Below, one piece after another: positions 8,265-18,755 of a stretch of 64,000 bases of DNA. Position numbers and translations under genes: made by a program. The notes below the pieces were generated by a model. That model was not told where the DNA came from, ran no database searches, and saw nothing but the letters and a program-made list of their open reading frames with translations. The stretch's first letter is position 1; the number at the start of each line of letters is the position of its first letter. The stretch is from Anaerolineae bacterium (lineage in GTDB: Bacteria; Chloroflexota; Anaerolineae; B4-G1; SLSP01). The DNA lies in the NCBI GenBank assembly GCA_049974845.1, contig JBNGCP010000010.1:13792-77791 (forward strand), written 5' to 3'.

Positions 8265-8307
8265 GCGCCCACCGAGGCGGTGATACACCGCTTAAGACGG
8301 TGGGCGC
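8265..8307 (+). other. perfect 10-bp inverted repeat / leader stem-loop upstream of rfbF
   Basis: GCGCCCACCG (8265..8274) pairs with CGGTGGGCGC (8298..8307), and inner GGCGGTG/CACCGC pairing is possible. No U-tract follows. Confidence 0.4.
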
Positions 8308-8443
8308 ACTAGGGTAGACGATCAGGCTCACGGCCCAAATGGAATCGCGGCGCTCCCCAACTCGCCCCACTATGGAACCGCGGAAGCTTCTGGGATGGCG
8401 ACTTTGGGCGTGGCAAAACGGATGCTGGTAAGGGAGATGGACC

Positions 8444-9223
8444 ATGGCTGACGACAGCGTTCCCGTGATCATTCTCTGTGGCGGTAAGGGAACGCGGATG
8501 GGCGACCTCACGGTGCCCAAGCCGCTCGTCGAAATCGGCGACCGACCGGTTCTATGGCACGTCATGAAGATCTACGCTGTGCAGGGATTTAAGGACTTCA
8601 TCCTGGCGTTGGGATATGGTGGGGATTTGATCAAGCGGTATTTCCTCGAATATGACTGGCGGAGCCGCGATTTCGTGCTGGCGTTCGATGACGGCGGTAT
8701 CCGTTACCGGACGCCCAACGACATCTCGGGATGGCGCATCACGTTCGCGGAGACCGGCCTGGAGACGATGACGGGTGCTCGCGTGCGTAAGGCATCCGCG
8801 TATGTTGAGGGCGACCGCTATTTCGTGACCTATGCCGACGGCGTCGCCGATATCGACTTGCATGGGCTGCTACGGTACCACCGGCAACAAGGTCTCCTCG
8901 CCACCGTGACGGGTGTAAAAGCATTCTCGCGCTTTGGGGTTATGGAGACGGATGACGCCGGTCGGGTGACGGGGTTCCAGGAAAAGCCACTGGTCGGCTC
9001 GCTTATCAACGGCGGCTTCATGGTCTTTGAGCGTGGCGTCGCGCCCTATATCGAGGGCGACGACGGTCTGGTGCTCGAGCAGGAGCCGCTGCGTTCGCTG
9101 GCGCGCGACCGGGAGCTGGCAGTCTATCAGCATCAAGGATTCTGGCGTGCGATGGACACGTTCAAGGAGGCGCAGGAGCTGAACGCCCTATGGGAGCAAA
9201 GCGCGCCGTGGCGGAGCTGGTGA
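8444..9223 (+). CDS. rfbF: glucose-1-phosphate cytidylyltransferase
   Basis: 259 aa. The N-terminal [37 protein letters not shown] and the overall length are typical of RfbF/DdhA. Confidence 0.9.
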   Translation: MADDSVPVIILCGGKGTRMGDLTVPKPLVEIGDRPVLWHVMKIYAVQGFKDFILALGYGGDLIKRYFLEYDWRSRDFVLAFDDGGIRYRTPNDISGWRITFAETGLETMTGARVRKASAYVEGDRYFVTYADGVADIDLHGLLRYHRQQGLLATVTGVKAFSRFGVMETDDAGRVTGFQEKPLVGSLINGGFMVFERGVAPYIEGDDGLVLEQEPLRSLARDRELAVYQHQGFWRAMDTFKEAQELNALWEQSAPWRSW

Positions 9224-9239
9224 GCGCAGCCGAGACGGC

Positions 9240-10256
9240 ATGGGAAGGGCATTGACGGATCCGGCTTTCTGGTACGAGCGCCCGGTGTTGGTCACGGGGT
9301 GCACCGGCCTCCTAGGCTCGTGGCTCGGCGAGGCACTGGTCGCCGCCGGCGCTTTGGTGGTGGGGCTGATCCGCGACGAGGTGCCCCAATCTCACTTGGT
9401 GCGGTCCGGCACAATCCGGCGGATCAAAGTCGTCCACGGAGATGTGACCGATTATGCTACGGTCGAGCGTGCGCTTAATGAATACGAGATCGAGACGGTC
9501 TTTCACCTCGCCGCCCAGACCATCGTGGGCATCGCCAATCGCGCTCCGCTCTCCACTTTCGAATCGAATATCCGTGGCACCTGGGTCACGCTGGAAGCCG
9601 CACGACGCTCCCCTACCGTGCGCCGGATTGTGGTCGCCTCGAGCGACAAGGCCTATGGGACGCAGCCGGTCCTGCCCTACACGGAGGATATGCCGCTCTG
9701 CGGTCAGCATCCCTACGATGTTTCCAAGAGCGCTGCGGATCTGATCGCGCAGGCCTATGCCGTCACGTACCGGCTGCCAGTCGCGATCACCCGCTGCGCC
9801 AACCTCTACGGCGGCGGCGACCTCAACTGGAATCGGCTGATCCCCGGCACGATCCGCAGTGCTCTCCAGGGGCAGGCGCCGATCATACGCTCCGATGGGA
9901 CCTTTATGCGCGACTATTTGTACGTGCGGGATGCTGTGCGGGCCTATATGATACTAGCGCGGGCTCTGGATGATCCCGCTCTCTATGGCGAGGCCTTCAA
10001 CTGTGGCACGGATGAGCCCATGAGCGTCCTGGAGATGACGCGCTTGATTCTTTCCCTTTCCCCGCATCCGGAGCTCGCGCCGGTGATCCTCGATGAGGTG
10101 CGGAACGAGATCAAGGACCAGTATCTGGATAGCGCCAAGATTCGAGATGCGGTGGGTTGGGCGCCCGTCTACTCCCGGGAGGAGGCCCTTCAGGAGACGA
10201 TGACTTGGTATGCAGCGCACCTAGATGGGAGCGCAAACCGAGGCGCGGATGGCTGA
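9240..10256 (+). CDS. rfbG: CDP-glucose 4,6-dehydratase
   Basis: 338 aa extended SDR. Contains [20 protein letters not shown] and the [10 protein letters not shown] (YxxxK) motif. Lies directly after rfbF. Confidence 0.8.
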   Translation: MGRALTDPAFWYERPVLVTGCTGLLGSWLGEALVAAGALVVGLIRDEVPQSHLVRSGTIRRIKVVHGDVTDYATVERALNEYEIETVFHLAAQTIVGIANRAPLSTFESNIRGTWVTLEAARRSPTVRRIVVASSDKAYGTQPVLPYTEDMPLCGQHPYDVSKSAADLIAQAYAVTYRLPVAITRCANLYGGGDLNWNRLIPGTIRSALQGQAPIIRSDGTFMRDYLYVRDAVRAYMILARALDDPALYGEAFNCGTDEPMSVLEMTRLILSLSPHPELAPVILDEVRNEIKDQYLDSAKIRDAVGWAPVYSREEALQETMTWYAAHLDGSANRGADG

Positions 10257-11211
10257 TGGCGTGAAGCGCACGAAGAACGTGTCCGCTCGCGGGCTGCCAG
10301 CCTCGGCCTTTGTGACCGGGGCGACGGGGTTCATCGGACACCGACTCATCACGGCCCTGCTGGAGGCCGGTTGTGAGGTCTCTGCCCTGGTGCTGCCGGC
10401 CGAGCGCGGGCGGCTACCGGGGTCGGTGCGAACCTTTGCCGGCGACATCACCGACGCCGACGCGGTCGCTGGTGCCCTGACGGCGGCAAGGCCGGCGCTC
10501 GTCTTCCATCTCGCTGCTATCGGCATCACCAATCCCGGCCTGCCGATGGCGGAAGCGTGCCGCATCAATGTAGGAGGGCTCATCAACCTCATCGATGGGG
10601 TGCGCGCCATTGACACCGTCACTCGCGTGGTAATCGCGGGCACCTCGTATGAGTACGGCGCCCGCCGTAGCGACGACGGACTCGACCCTTTCAATCCCTA
10701 CAGCGCCTCCAAAGCGGCAGCCTGGGCGTTTGCCCGGGCGGCCTACAACGCCTGGGGCATGCCCGGCGTCTGCGTTCGCCCATTCCAGGTCTACGGTCCT
10801 GGGCAGCGCGCCCGCGCGCTCATTCCTGCCGCCGCGACGGCCGCGCTGCGCGGCGAGGATTTCCGCATGACCAAAGGCGAACAGCAGCGAGATTTCGTCT
10901 TTGTCGAGGACGTTGTCCAGGGTTTTATCGCGGCAGGGGCGGCGGCGGACATCGAGGGGCGTGTGCTGGACCTGGGCACGGGGGAGCTGCACGCCGTGAA
11001 GGACGTGGTGGCGCGCATCTGGGATATTGCGGAGGCGCCGGGCCGCATCATTGCCGGCGCACTGCCCTATCGCGCCGGTGAGGTGCCGGCGATTCCTGCG
11101 GATGTGCAGCGCACGCGCCTGTTGACGGGCTGGGAAGCCGCTACGGATCTGGATCGGGGACTGAGCCTGACGATTGAGGCGCTAGGAGAGGAGATAGTGA
11201 ATGTCAACTGA
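10249..11211 (+). CDS. NAD-dependent epimerase/dehydratase family protein (candidate CDP-4-keto-3,6-dideoxyhexose reductase or epimerase)
   Basis: Contains [14 protein letters not shown] and YSASKAAAW. The ATG at 10249 overlaps the rfbG stop (ATGGCTGA); the track start at 10225 is less likely. The exact activity cannot be inferred. Confidence 0.75.
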   Translation: MADGVKRTKNVSARGLPASAFVTGATGFIGHRLITALLEAGCEVSALVLPAERGRLPGSVRTFAGDITDADAVAGALTAARPALVFHLAAIGITNPGLPMAEACRINVGGLINLIDGVRAIDTVTRVVIAGTSYEYGARRSDDGLDPFNPYSASKAAAWAFARAAYNAWGMPGVCVRPFQVYGPGQRARALIPAAATAALRGEDFRMTKGEQQRDFVFVEDVVQGFIAAGAAADIEGRVLDLGTGELHAVKDVVARIWDIAEAPGRIIAGALPYRAGEVPAIPADVQRTRLLTGWEAATDLDRGLSLTIEALGEEIVNVN

Positions 11212-12529
11212 GGCGGAAATCTCCAGATTGAGGCGCGAGATCCTCGCGAAGGTGGGCAAGTTCACGCGGCTGGCGCATCAGGACCGGCCCTTTATCCCGG
11301 GTGAGACCTTCGTCAACTACGGCGGACGCGTCTATGACGAGCGCGAGCTGCAGAGCGCGGTCGACGCGGTTCTCGACTTCTGGCTCACCGATGGCCCCCG
11401 GGTGGAGACCTTCTCCGACCGGTTGGCCGAATATCTCGGTGTGAAACACGTCCTCACGGTTAACTCCGGCTCGTCGGCAAACCTGGTAGCGGTGAGCGCC
11501 CTGCGATCCCAGCAGCTCGACTGGCCTCTGATGGACGGCGATGAAGTGATCACGCCGGCAGCAACCTTCCCGACGACGGTGGCCCCCATCGTTCAGAATC
11601 AGCTCGTCCCGGTCTTCATCGATTGTGAGTTGGGCACCTACAACGTTGACGTATCGCTGTTGGAGGCTGGGCTTTCGGAGAGAACCAGGGCTGTCTTCGT
11701 CCCCCATATTCTGGGGAATCCGGTGGAGATGGATGTGGTGATGGCTTTCGCGGCGGAGCACGATCTCATCGTGATCGAAGACACGTGTGATGCGCTGGGG
11801 AGCACCTATGATGGCAGACCCTGTGGCGCGTTTGGGGATCTTGCTACCTTCAGCTTCTATCCCGCGCACCATATTACTACGGGCGAGGGCGGCGCTGTGG
11901 CCACAAACAGCGACAAGCTCCATCATCTGGTCCACACGATCCGCGATTGGGGCCGGGATTGCTGGTGCACCCACAAGAGTGGGCGAGACGGCGAATGTGG
12001 GCGTCGATTCGAATGGGAGATTCCGGGCCTTGGCGAGCCCTACGACCATCGCTATACCTTTACGGAGATTGGCTACAATCTGAAGATGACGGATATCCAG
12101 GCCGCCATCGGCATCCCCCAACTGGCGAAGCTTCCGGCGTTTATCGAGGCGCGAAAGCGCAATTTCCGCGTCCTCTACGAGGGTTTGCGTCCCTATGAGG
12201 ACGTCCTCATCCTGCCTACCTGGAGCTCGAAGGCCGACCCTGCGTGGTTCGCGTTCACCCTTGCCGTACGAGAGGACGCGCCGTTTACCCGGAGGGAGCT
12301 CAACGAATACCTGCGCGAACGCCAGGTCGAGACGCGTTACCTCTTTGCTGGCAATATCCTTCAGCAGCCCGGCTATCGCGACATCCGGCATCGCGTGGCC
12401 ACACCTTTGTCGCAGACCGATCGAGTCCTCAAGTCCGCACTGTTTGTGGGCGTCTATCCCGGCCTCGACGATGCACGTCTTGGCTACATGCTGCAGGCTT
12501 TCGAGGACTTCTTCAAGGGCCGCGTCTAG
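11201..12529 (+). CDS. rfbH: CDP-6-deoxy-D-xylo-4-hexulose-3-dehydrase (E1, RfbH/DdhC-type PMP enzyme, DegT family)
   Basis: 442 aa. In FSFYPAHHITTGEGG, His occupies the position of the usual Schiff-base Lys. Cys pattern C-x57-C-x-C-x9-C (DTC...DCWC...EC). Overlaps the upstream SDR gene by 11 nt. Confidence 0.85.
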   Translation: MSTEAEISRLRREILAKVGKFTRLAHQDRPFIPGETFVNYGGRVYDERELQSAVDAVLDFWLTDGPRVETFSDRLAEYLGVKHVLTVNSGSSANLVAVSALRSQQLDWPLMDGDEVITPAATFPTTVAPIVQNQLVPVFIDCELGTYNVDVSLLEAGLSERTRAVFVPHILGNPVEMDVVMAFAAEHDLIVIEDTCDALGSTYDGRPCGAFGDLATFSFYPAHHITTGEGGAVATNSDKLHHLVHTIRDWGRDCWCTHKSGRDGECGRRFEWEIPGLGEPYDHRYTFTEIGYNLKMTDIQAAIGIPQLAKLPAFIEARKRNFRVLYEGLRPYEDVLILPTWSSKADPAWFAFTLAVREDAPFTRRELNEYLRERQVETRYLFAGNILQQPGYRDIRHRVATPLSQTDRVLKSALFVGVYPGLDDARLGYMLQAFEDFFKGRV

Positions 12530-13267
12530 ATGCAGCTTTCGATCATCATCTGTGCGTATAACGAACGGGAGACCATCCTCCCGGTCTTGGAGCGCGTCCA
12601 TCAGGCCCCACTGCGTCCGGGTTGGGAGCGCGAGATCATCGTCATCGATAACGCCTCGACGGATGGGACGCGGGAGTTGTTGGAGGGCGTTATCTCTCAG
12701 AATACGGGGTATTCTGAGACGCAGGTCATCTTCCAGTCGCGCAACATGGGCAAGGGGACCTCGATCCGGACGGCGATCCCGCATTGCAGCGGGGATTACG
12801 TCTTCATCCAGGACGCCGATTTCGAATACGATCCGCGGGACTACCCTCTTTTTTTGGAGCTTGCGGAGCGAGATCGACCCGCCGCGATCTTCGGCTCGCG
12901 GACGCTGGGCGGTCGAGCGATCTACAAGTACGTCGCCAATTACTGGGGCGTTCGCTTTCTGACGGCCCTTACCAACGTGCTCTATGGCGCCCGGCTGACC
13001 GATGTGGCTACCGCGTCGAAGATGGTGCGGAGAGACGTGCTCAATCGGCTTCACCTGACGGGGAGCGGCTTTGATCTGGATTTTGAGCTGCCCGACAAAT
13101 TGCTGCGTGCCGGCTATGAGATTCTCGAGGTACCGATTAGCTACACGCCGCGAACGGTTGAGGAAGGCAAGAAGATCCGACCGTGGGACGGTCTGTGGGC
13201 CCTGCGGGTGATCATCCGCGACAGGCTTCTGCCCATGGACCAGGTCGTCGAGAAAAGGAGCAGCTGA
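12530..13267 (+). CDS. family 2 glycosyltransferase (polyprenyl-phosphate sugar synthase-like)
   Basis: 245 aa with MQLSIIICAYNERETI, IVIDNASTDGT and IQDADFEYDP (a DxD-like motif). The start directly abuts the rfbH stop (TAGATG). Confidence 0.85.
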   Translation: MQLSIIICAYNERETILPVLERVHQAPLRPGWEREIIVIDNASTDGTRELLEGVISQNTGYSETQVIFQSRNMGKGTSIRTAIPHCSGDYVFIQDADFEYDPRDYPLFLELAERDRPAAIFGSRTLGGRAIYKYVANYWGVRFLTALTNVLYGARLTDVATASKMVRRDVLNRLHLTGSGFDLDFELPDKLLRAGYEILEVPISYTPRTVEEGKKIRPWDGLWALRVIIRDRLLPMDQVVEKRSS

Positions 13268-14241
13268 TGAACATTGTCGTGACGGGATCGATCGCATATG
13301 ACTACCTGATGAGCTTTCCCGGGGACTTCCTGGATCACGTGAAGCCAGACCGCATCCAGAAGCTCAGCCTCAGCTTCCTGGTCGACGATATGGTGAAGCA
13401 CCGTGGTGGCTGTGCGCCCAATATCGCCTACAGCCTGGCGCTGCTCGGCGAGCGCCCGACTGTGATGGGGACGGCAGGTGAGGATTTCGAGGAATACCGT
13501 GTCTGGCTGGAGTCTCAGGGCGTGGACACGTCGGCCATCCAGGTAATTCCGAACGTCTTCACGGCTTCGTTCTTTGCGACGACGGATCAGGCGCTGAACC
13601 AGATCGCCAGCTTCTACACGGGAGCGATGGCCTACGCGCGCACACTGTCCTTTCACGACTTCGATACGCCGGTGGATCTTACGATTATCTCACCCAACGA
13701 TCCCGAAGCGATGGCCAAGTATCCTAAGGAGTGCCGTGAGCTGGGAATTCCCTATATCTATGATCCCAGCCAGCAGGTCGTCCGCGCGAGCCCCGAGTCG
13801 CTCTGTGATGGTGTCGTCGGGGCGGACATCCTGGTGGTCAATGACTATGAGTACGAGCTGCTCAAGGATCGCACCAATATGACCGATGCAGCGATCCGGC
13901 GCGTCGTCAAGCGCGCCGTCGTCGTGACGCAGGGCGCCGAAGGCGCCGTCATCTGGGCCGGCCCCGACCGGGCCAAGAAGATCCAGATCCCGCCCGCGCC
14001 GCCGCGTGAGATCGCGGATCCCACCGGCGTCGGCGACGCCTTCCGCGCCGGTTTGATCAAAGGCATAATCCTGGGCCTCCCCTGGGCGGCTGCGGGGCGT
14101 ATCGGCAGCCTGGCCGCCACTTACGTCCTGGAAGCACAGGGCCCTCAGGCCCATCACTATACCCTGACAGGCTTTCTCACGCGCTATCGCTCCATCTTCG
14201 GTGACGACGAAGCAACTGCTGCCCTGAGCCGGGAGCTCTAG
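13267..14241 (+). CDS. PfkB-family carbohydrate/adenosine kinase
   Basis: The ATG at 13267 overlaps the GT2 stop (TGATG). Contains MNIVVTGSIAYDYL and DPTGVGDAFRAGLI. Its position next to ahcY suggests adenosine kinase. Confidence 0.75.
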   Translation: MNIVVTGSIAYDYLMSFPGDFLDHVKPDRIQKLSLSFLVDDMVKHRGGCAPNIAYSLALLGERPTVMGTAGEDFEEYRVWLESQGVDTSAIQVIPNVFTASFFATTDQALNQIASFYTGAMAYARTLSFHDFDTPVDLTIISPNDPEAMAKYPKECRELGIPYIYDPSQQVVRASPESLCDGVVGADILVVNDYEYELLKDRTNMTDAAIRRVVKRAVVVTQGAEGAVIWAGPDRAKKIQIPPAPPREIADPTGVGDAFRAGLIKGIILGLPWAAAGRIGSLAATYVLEAQGPQAHHYTLTGFLTRYRSIFGDDEATAALSREL

Positions 14242-14309
14242 GATTGTAGCGTGGGTGATTTGAGGTACGCTTATCGCGACACTAACAAAGCGAAAAAGGA
14301 GCTTTCTGA

Positions 14310-15569
<1,260 letters not shown>

Positions 15570-15594
15570 CGAACTTCTGGGTTGGGCTTCATTT

Positions 15595-15631
15595 GGGGAA
15601 AGGCCTTGAAGCACAGGGTCTTTCCCCTTTT
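15595..15631 (+). terminator. intrinsic terminator after ahcY
   Basis: GGGGAAAG (15595..15602) pairs with CTTTCCCC (15620..15627), extendable by 3 bp, and is followed by TTTT. Confidence 0.65.
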
Positions 15632-15869
15632 CCTCGGTGGCCTAGCCTCGGCTGGTCATCATAGGCTGGTCGCCACCTCTGTTTCTCACACGTGCTCCCG
15701 GACTCCCGGCATCGGACTGGTAGAATTTGGATTCCGGGCTAGACTTGAGTCGTAAAGTCCCGTTCTCGTGAGTGATGCGCGGTTGCGACGCAGCCGTGGC
15801 GCGGAGTTCGTAGCGCGAGTTTCGCGGGACGAGCTCCGCGGTGTGCAGGTTTGATCAAGGAGACAGCAG

Positions 15870-18722
15870 ATGAGGGGAAGAGCCACCACGTGGGGTGATC
15901 TTCTCGAGCGCCGGAACGGACGCCGCTTCATTGGGCGTCAGGAAGAGGTGGAGCGGTTTCGGCTCAACTATCTCTACGATGTTCCCCGGACGCTCCTCTT
16001 CGTGATTCAAGGTCCCCGTGGCATCGGCAAGAGCGCGTTGATGGCGCAGTATCGCGCGATCGCGCAGGAGCACGGCGCTGTGACCGCGCTGGTCGGCCGG
16101 TGGGACGTCAGGCTGTCTCAGGAGTTCGCCGTTCTGCAAGCGATGTCGGCGTTCGCCGATGAGTTGGCGAAAGTTGGCTTGCCCCTGACCACCTTCAAGG
16201 AGATCCACCGAGAGTACCTCGATGCGCTTCAAACTCTTGAGCGCGACCCCCATGCTCCCGGTGCGCCTCTGGATCTCGTTGGGGGTGTCAGCGACGAGGA
16301 TGAGTGGGCGACGCGCGCTTGGGACGATTACCTCACGCGGACGTTTCCTATGCGTCGCGCCTCGCTGCTTAGGGACCCGGTTCGTATCCTGACCGAGCGC
16401 TTCGTCCAGGATCTCAACGCCTGGGCGACGGTGCGGCGGATTATCCTGTGCTTTGATGATTGGCAGGCTCTAGCACCTGAGACCACCGGTGAGCCGGCAG
16501 GCGGCTATAGCTTCGATCGTTGGCTCTTCGAACTGCTCGCGAGCGGGGAGCTGAGCACCGATATCTGGTTCATCCTGGCGACGCGCGTGCCGATGCGGGA
16601 GCCATGGGCGGCGTTGTCCGCGGTCATGGAGACTTATGAGCTGATGCCGTTCTCTCATCAGGAGGGGCTGGCTCTGCTCAAGGAGTACGGCATCGCCGAC
16701 GAAGCCATCGCGCGGGAGCTGACCGCAGCCGGTGAGGCGCAGCCCTTCTGGCTCACGCTGTTGGCAGAGGCTGAGGCGTCGGGCGCCTCGCCTCTGGAGG
16801 CGTATATGAGCGGCCTGGCACCGCTCCTGCGCGCAGCCGTGCTGAAGAGCGCTGCCGCGCGTTGGTTGGACGAGGACGTGATGGCTGCGCTTTTCGGAAG
16901 GGACGAGATGGCGCAGTTACGCCGGTGGCTGTCGACCTCTCCCCTGGTCACCCGCGTCGGAGAAGCGTGGCAGTTTCATCCTGCGATACACGCGGAGCTT
17001 ACGGGGGTGGCGCAGCGTCTGCTCGGTCCCGCCTGGGATGCGGCGCACCAGACCCTCCTTGCTTACTATCGGCAGCGCTCGGAATTGTACGGAGAGGCGC
17101 CCCGTTACCTTGATCCGGCGTGGCAGCGCGATGAACGGGAGTATGTGTATCACAATCTCGTTACTGGAGAGGTTGGCGAAGCCGTCAATGCCGCGATGCT
17201 CAGCTTCTTGCAGGGAGTCCGCCGGTTCTATCCGTGGGCCGGCACCGTCGTCAACGTTTGGTCCGCAGCGGTGGAGGCAAGCGCTGTGGATCGCGGTATC
17301 CAAGAGAGGGGGAGGGCGGCGCAGCAGCTCTGGATTGCTCTCCTCGATCGGGATTGGAGGACCGTCCAGGATGTTGCCGGATCCCTTCTCGCTTCGGAGG
17401 TCTGGGAGACGGCTGTGCGGGAAGCGCTGCGTGCGCTGAGCCAGTTGGCGGGCGCGCGACTGGTGCTCCTGCCGCAAGCCAAGGTTGCGGCGGAGACGGA
17501 GCTCGCACCGGTAGCAGGATCTGCGCCTGAAGCAGGATCTGCGCCTGAGGCTGAGGTCGCGGAGGGGGATGTAGAGGAAGACGTCTCGCCTCCGGAGACT
17601 GAGGCGCAGGAGGCCGAGGTCGCGCCCGATGTCGCAGTCGAACGGTCGCCCTCGGGAGTATCCTCCGAAAGGGAGGCCGCTCCTATGGGCGCGACACAGA
17701 AGGAGACGCCACGGAAGCAGGAGGTCGAGGAAACACCTGCGCCCGAGCAAGTAGAGGCTGAGCGGGGCCGTCTAGAGCCGCACGGCGTTCCTCGGCTAGG
17801 GAGCGTTGGCGTGAGCGAGGCTGTTGAGCAGTGCCGCTATGCCAACGCCCGGCTCTCAGAGGGAGCCTATGAGGAGGCCATACGCGCTTACGACCGTGCC
17901 CTGGTGCTGGATCCTGACTATGTCGCAGCCTGCTACAATCGCGCCGTAGCCTACTCACGCATCGGTGCGCTGGATGGCGCTATCGCGGACTTCACGCGGG
18001 TGATCGAGCTGGATCCAAACCATGCTTCGGCCTATCGCCAACGGGCGCTTCTCTACACCCGCAAGGGTGAGCTAGAGCGAGCCATCGCCGACTATGACGC
18101 CGCACTGGCTTTGCGCCCTGACATGGCTGCCCTCTACTACGATCGAGCCAATGCTCATTTCCGAAAAGGAGACTACAATCGGGCCATCGCGGACTATGGT
18201 CGTGCGCTCGAGCTAAGGCCCGATCACGTCGAGACTTATCTGAACCGAGGGCAGGCTTACGCTGCGTCTGGGGACCTGCCAGAGGCACTACGGGACTACA
18301 ACAAAGCGGTCGCGCTCGACCCGGAGCGGGCGATCTCCTACAACTACCGGGGGTTGGCTTACGCAAGCTTGGAGCGATATACGGAGGCGCTGGCGGACTA
18401 CGATCGGGCTATCAGCCTCGATCCCCGATATGCGATCGCGCACAACAACCGCGGCCTGCTCTATGTTCGCATTGAGGCGTACCAGGAAGCGTTGGAGGCC
18501 TACCAACGGGCGATGGCCATTGAGCCCGATTGGGCGACGCCGTACTACAATGCAGCGTGTGCCGCCGCCTTGATGGAGGACGTCGAGCACGCGTGTGTCT
18601 GGCTGTCAAGGGCCATCGCTCTCAGAGAGCGATACCGTGCCATGGCGTTGAGGGACTCCGACTTTGCCGCCATCAGGGAGACCCCGCAGTTCCAGTCCCT
18701 TGTCGAGAGGGTCGGGGCCTGA
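15870..18722 (+). CDS. STAND-like P-loop ATPase with acidic low-complexity linker and C-terminal TPR array
   Basis: 950 aa. Walker A GPRGIGKSAL and Walker B IILCFDDW. About 9 TPR units with the repeated (A)IADY(D/G)RAL.LDP motif in the last roughly 300 aa. Confidence 0.8.
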   Translation: MRGRATTWGDLLERRNGRRFIGRQEEVERFRLNYLYDVPRTLLFVIQGPRGIGKSALMAQYRAIAQEHGAVTALVGRWDVRLSQEFAVLQAMSAFADELAKVGLPLTTFKEIHREYLDALQTLERDPHAPGAPLDLVGGVSDEDEWATRAWDDYLTRTFPMRRASLLRDPVRILTERFVQDLNAWATVRRIILCFDDWQALAPETTGEPAGGYSFDRWLFELLASGELSTDIWFILATRVPMREPWAALSAVMETYELMPFSHQEGLALLKEYGIADEAIARELTAAGEAQPFWLTLLAEAEASGASPLEAYMSGLAPLLRAAVLKSAAARWLDEDVMAALFGRDEMAQLRRWLSTSPLVTRVGEAWQFHPAIHAELTGVAQRLLGPAWDAAHQTLLAYYRQRSELYGEAPRYLDPAWQRDEREYVYHNLVTGEVGEAVNAAMLSFLQGVRRFYPWAGTVVNVWSAAVEASAVDRGIQERGRAAQQLWIALLDRDWRTVQDVAGSLLASEVWETAVREALRALSQLAGARLVLLPQAKVAAETELAPVAGSAPEAGSAPEAEVAEGDVEEDVSPPETEAQEAEVAPDVAVERSPSGVSSEREAAPMGATQKETPRKQEVEETPAPEQVEAERGRLEPHGVPRLGSVGVSEAVEQCRYANARLSEGAYEEAIRAYDRALVLDPDYVAACYNRAVAYSRIGALDGAIADFTRVIELDPNHASAYRQRALLYTRKGELERAIADYDAALALRPDMAALYYDRANAHFRKGDYNRAIADYGRALELRPDHVETYLNRGQAYAASGDLPEALRDYNKAVALDPERAISYNYRGLAYASLERYTEALADYDRAISLDPRYAIAHNNRGLLYVRIEAYQEALEAYQRAMAIEPDWATPYYNAACAAALMEDVEHACVWLSRAIALRERYRAMALRDSDFAAIRETPQFQSLVERVGA
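17513..17548 (+). repeat. perfect 18-bp tandem duplication inside the STAND-TPR gene
   Basis: AGCAGGATCTGCGCCTGA occurs twice (17513..17530 and 17531..17548), encoding AGSAPE twice in the acidic linker. Confidence 0.9.
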
Positions 18723-18755
18723 GCCCGCGAATTCGTCTCTTCCAGTTAAGCTGTT

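Noticed and set aside
11204-13297. 697-aa ORF on the minus strand spanning rfbH and the GT2 gene.
   Set aside because: It lies antisense to two genes with clear family motifs. Its translation is Arg/Pro/Gly-rich low-information sequence, typical of a GC-driven shadow ORF, and it has no SD.
14242-14309. SAH riboswitch upstream of ahcY.
   Set aside because: Only 68 nt are available, and they show no SAH-element-like pseudoknot core. The spacer contains just an SD, and ahcY appears to be co-transcribed with the upstream operon.
17513-17548. Short tandem repeat considered as a possible CRISPR or VNTR locus.
   Set aside because: There are only two 18-bp units, no spacers, and the repeat is in frame within a CDS. 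It is a simple duplication.
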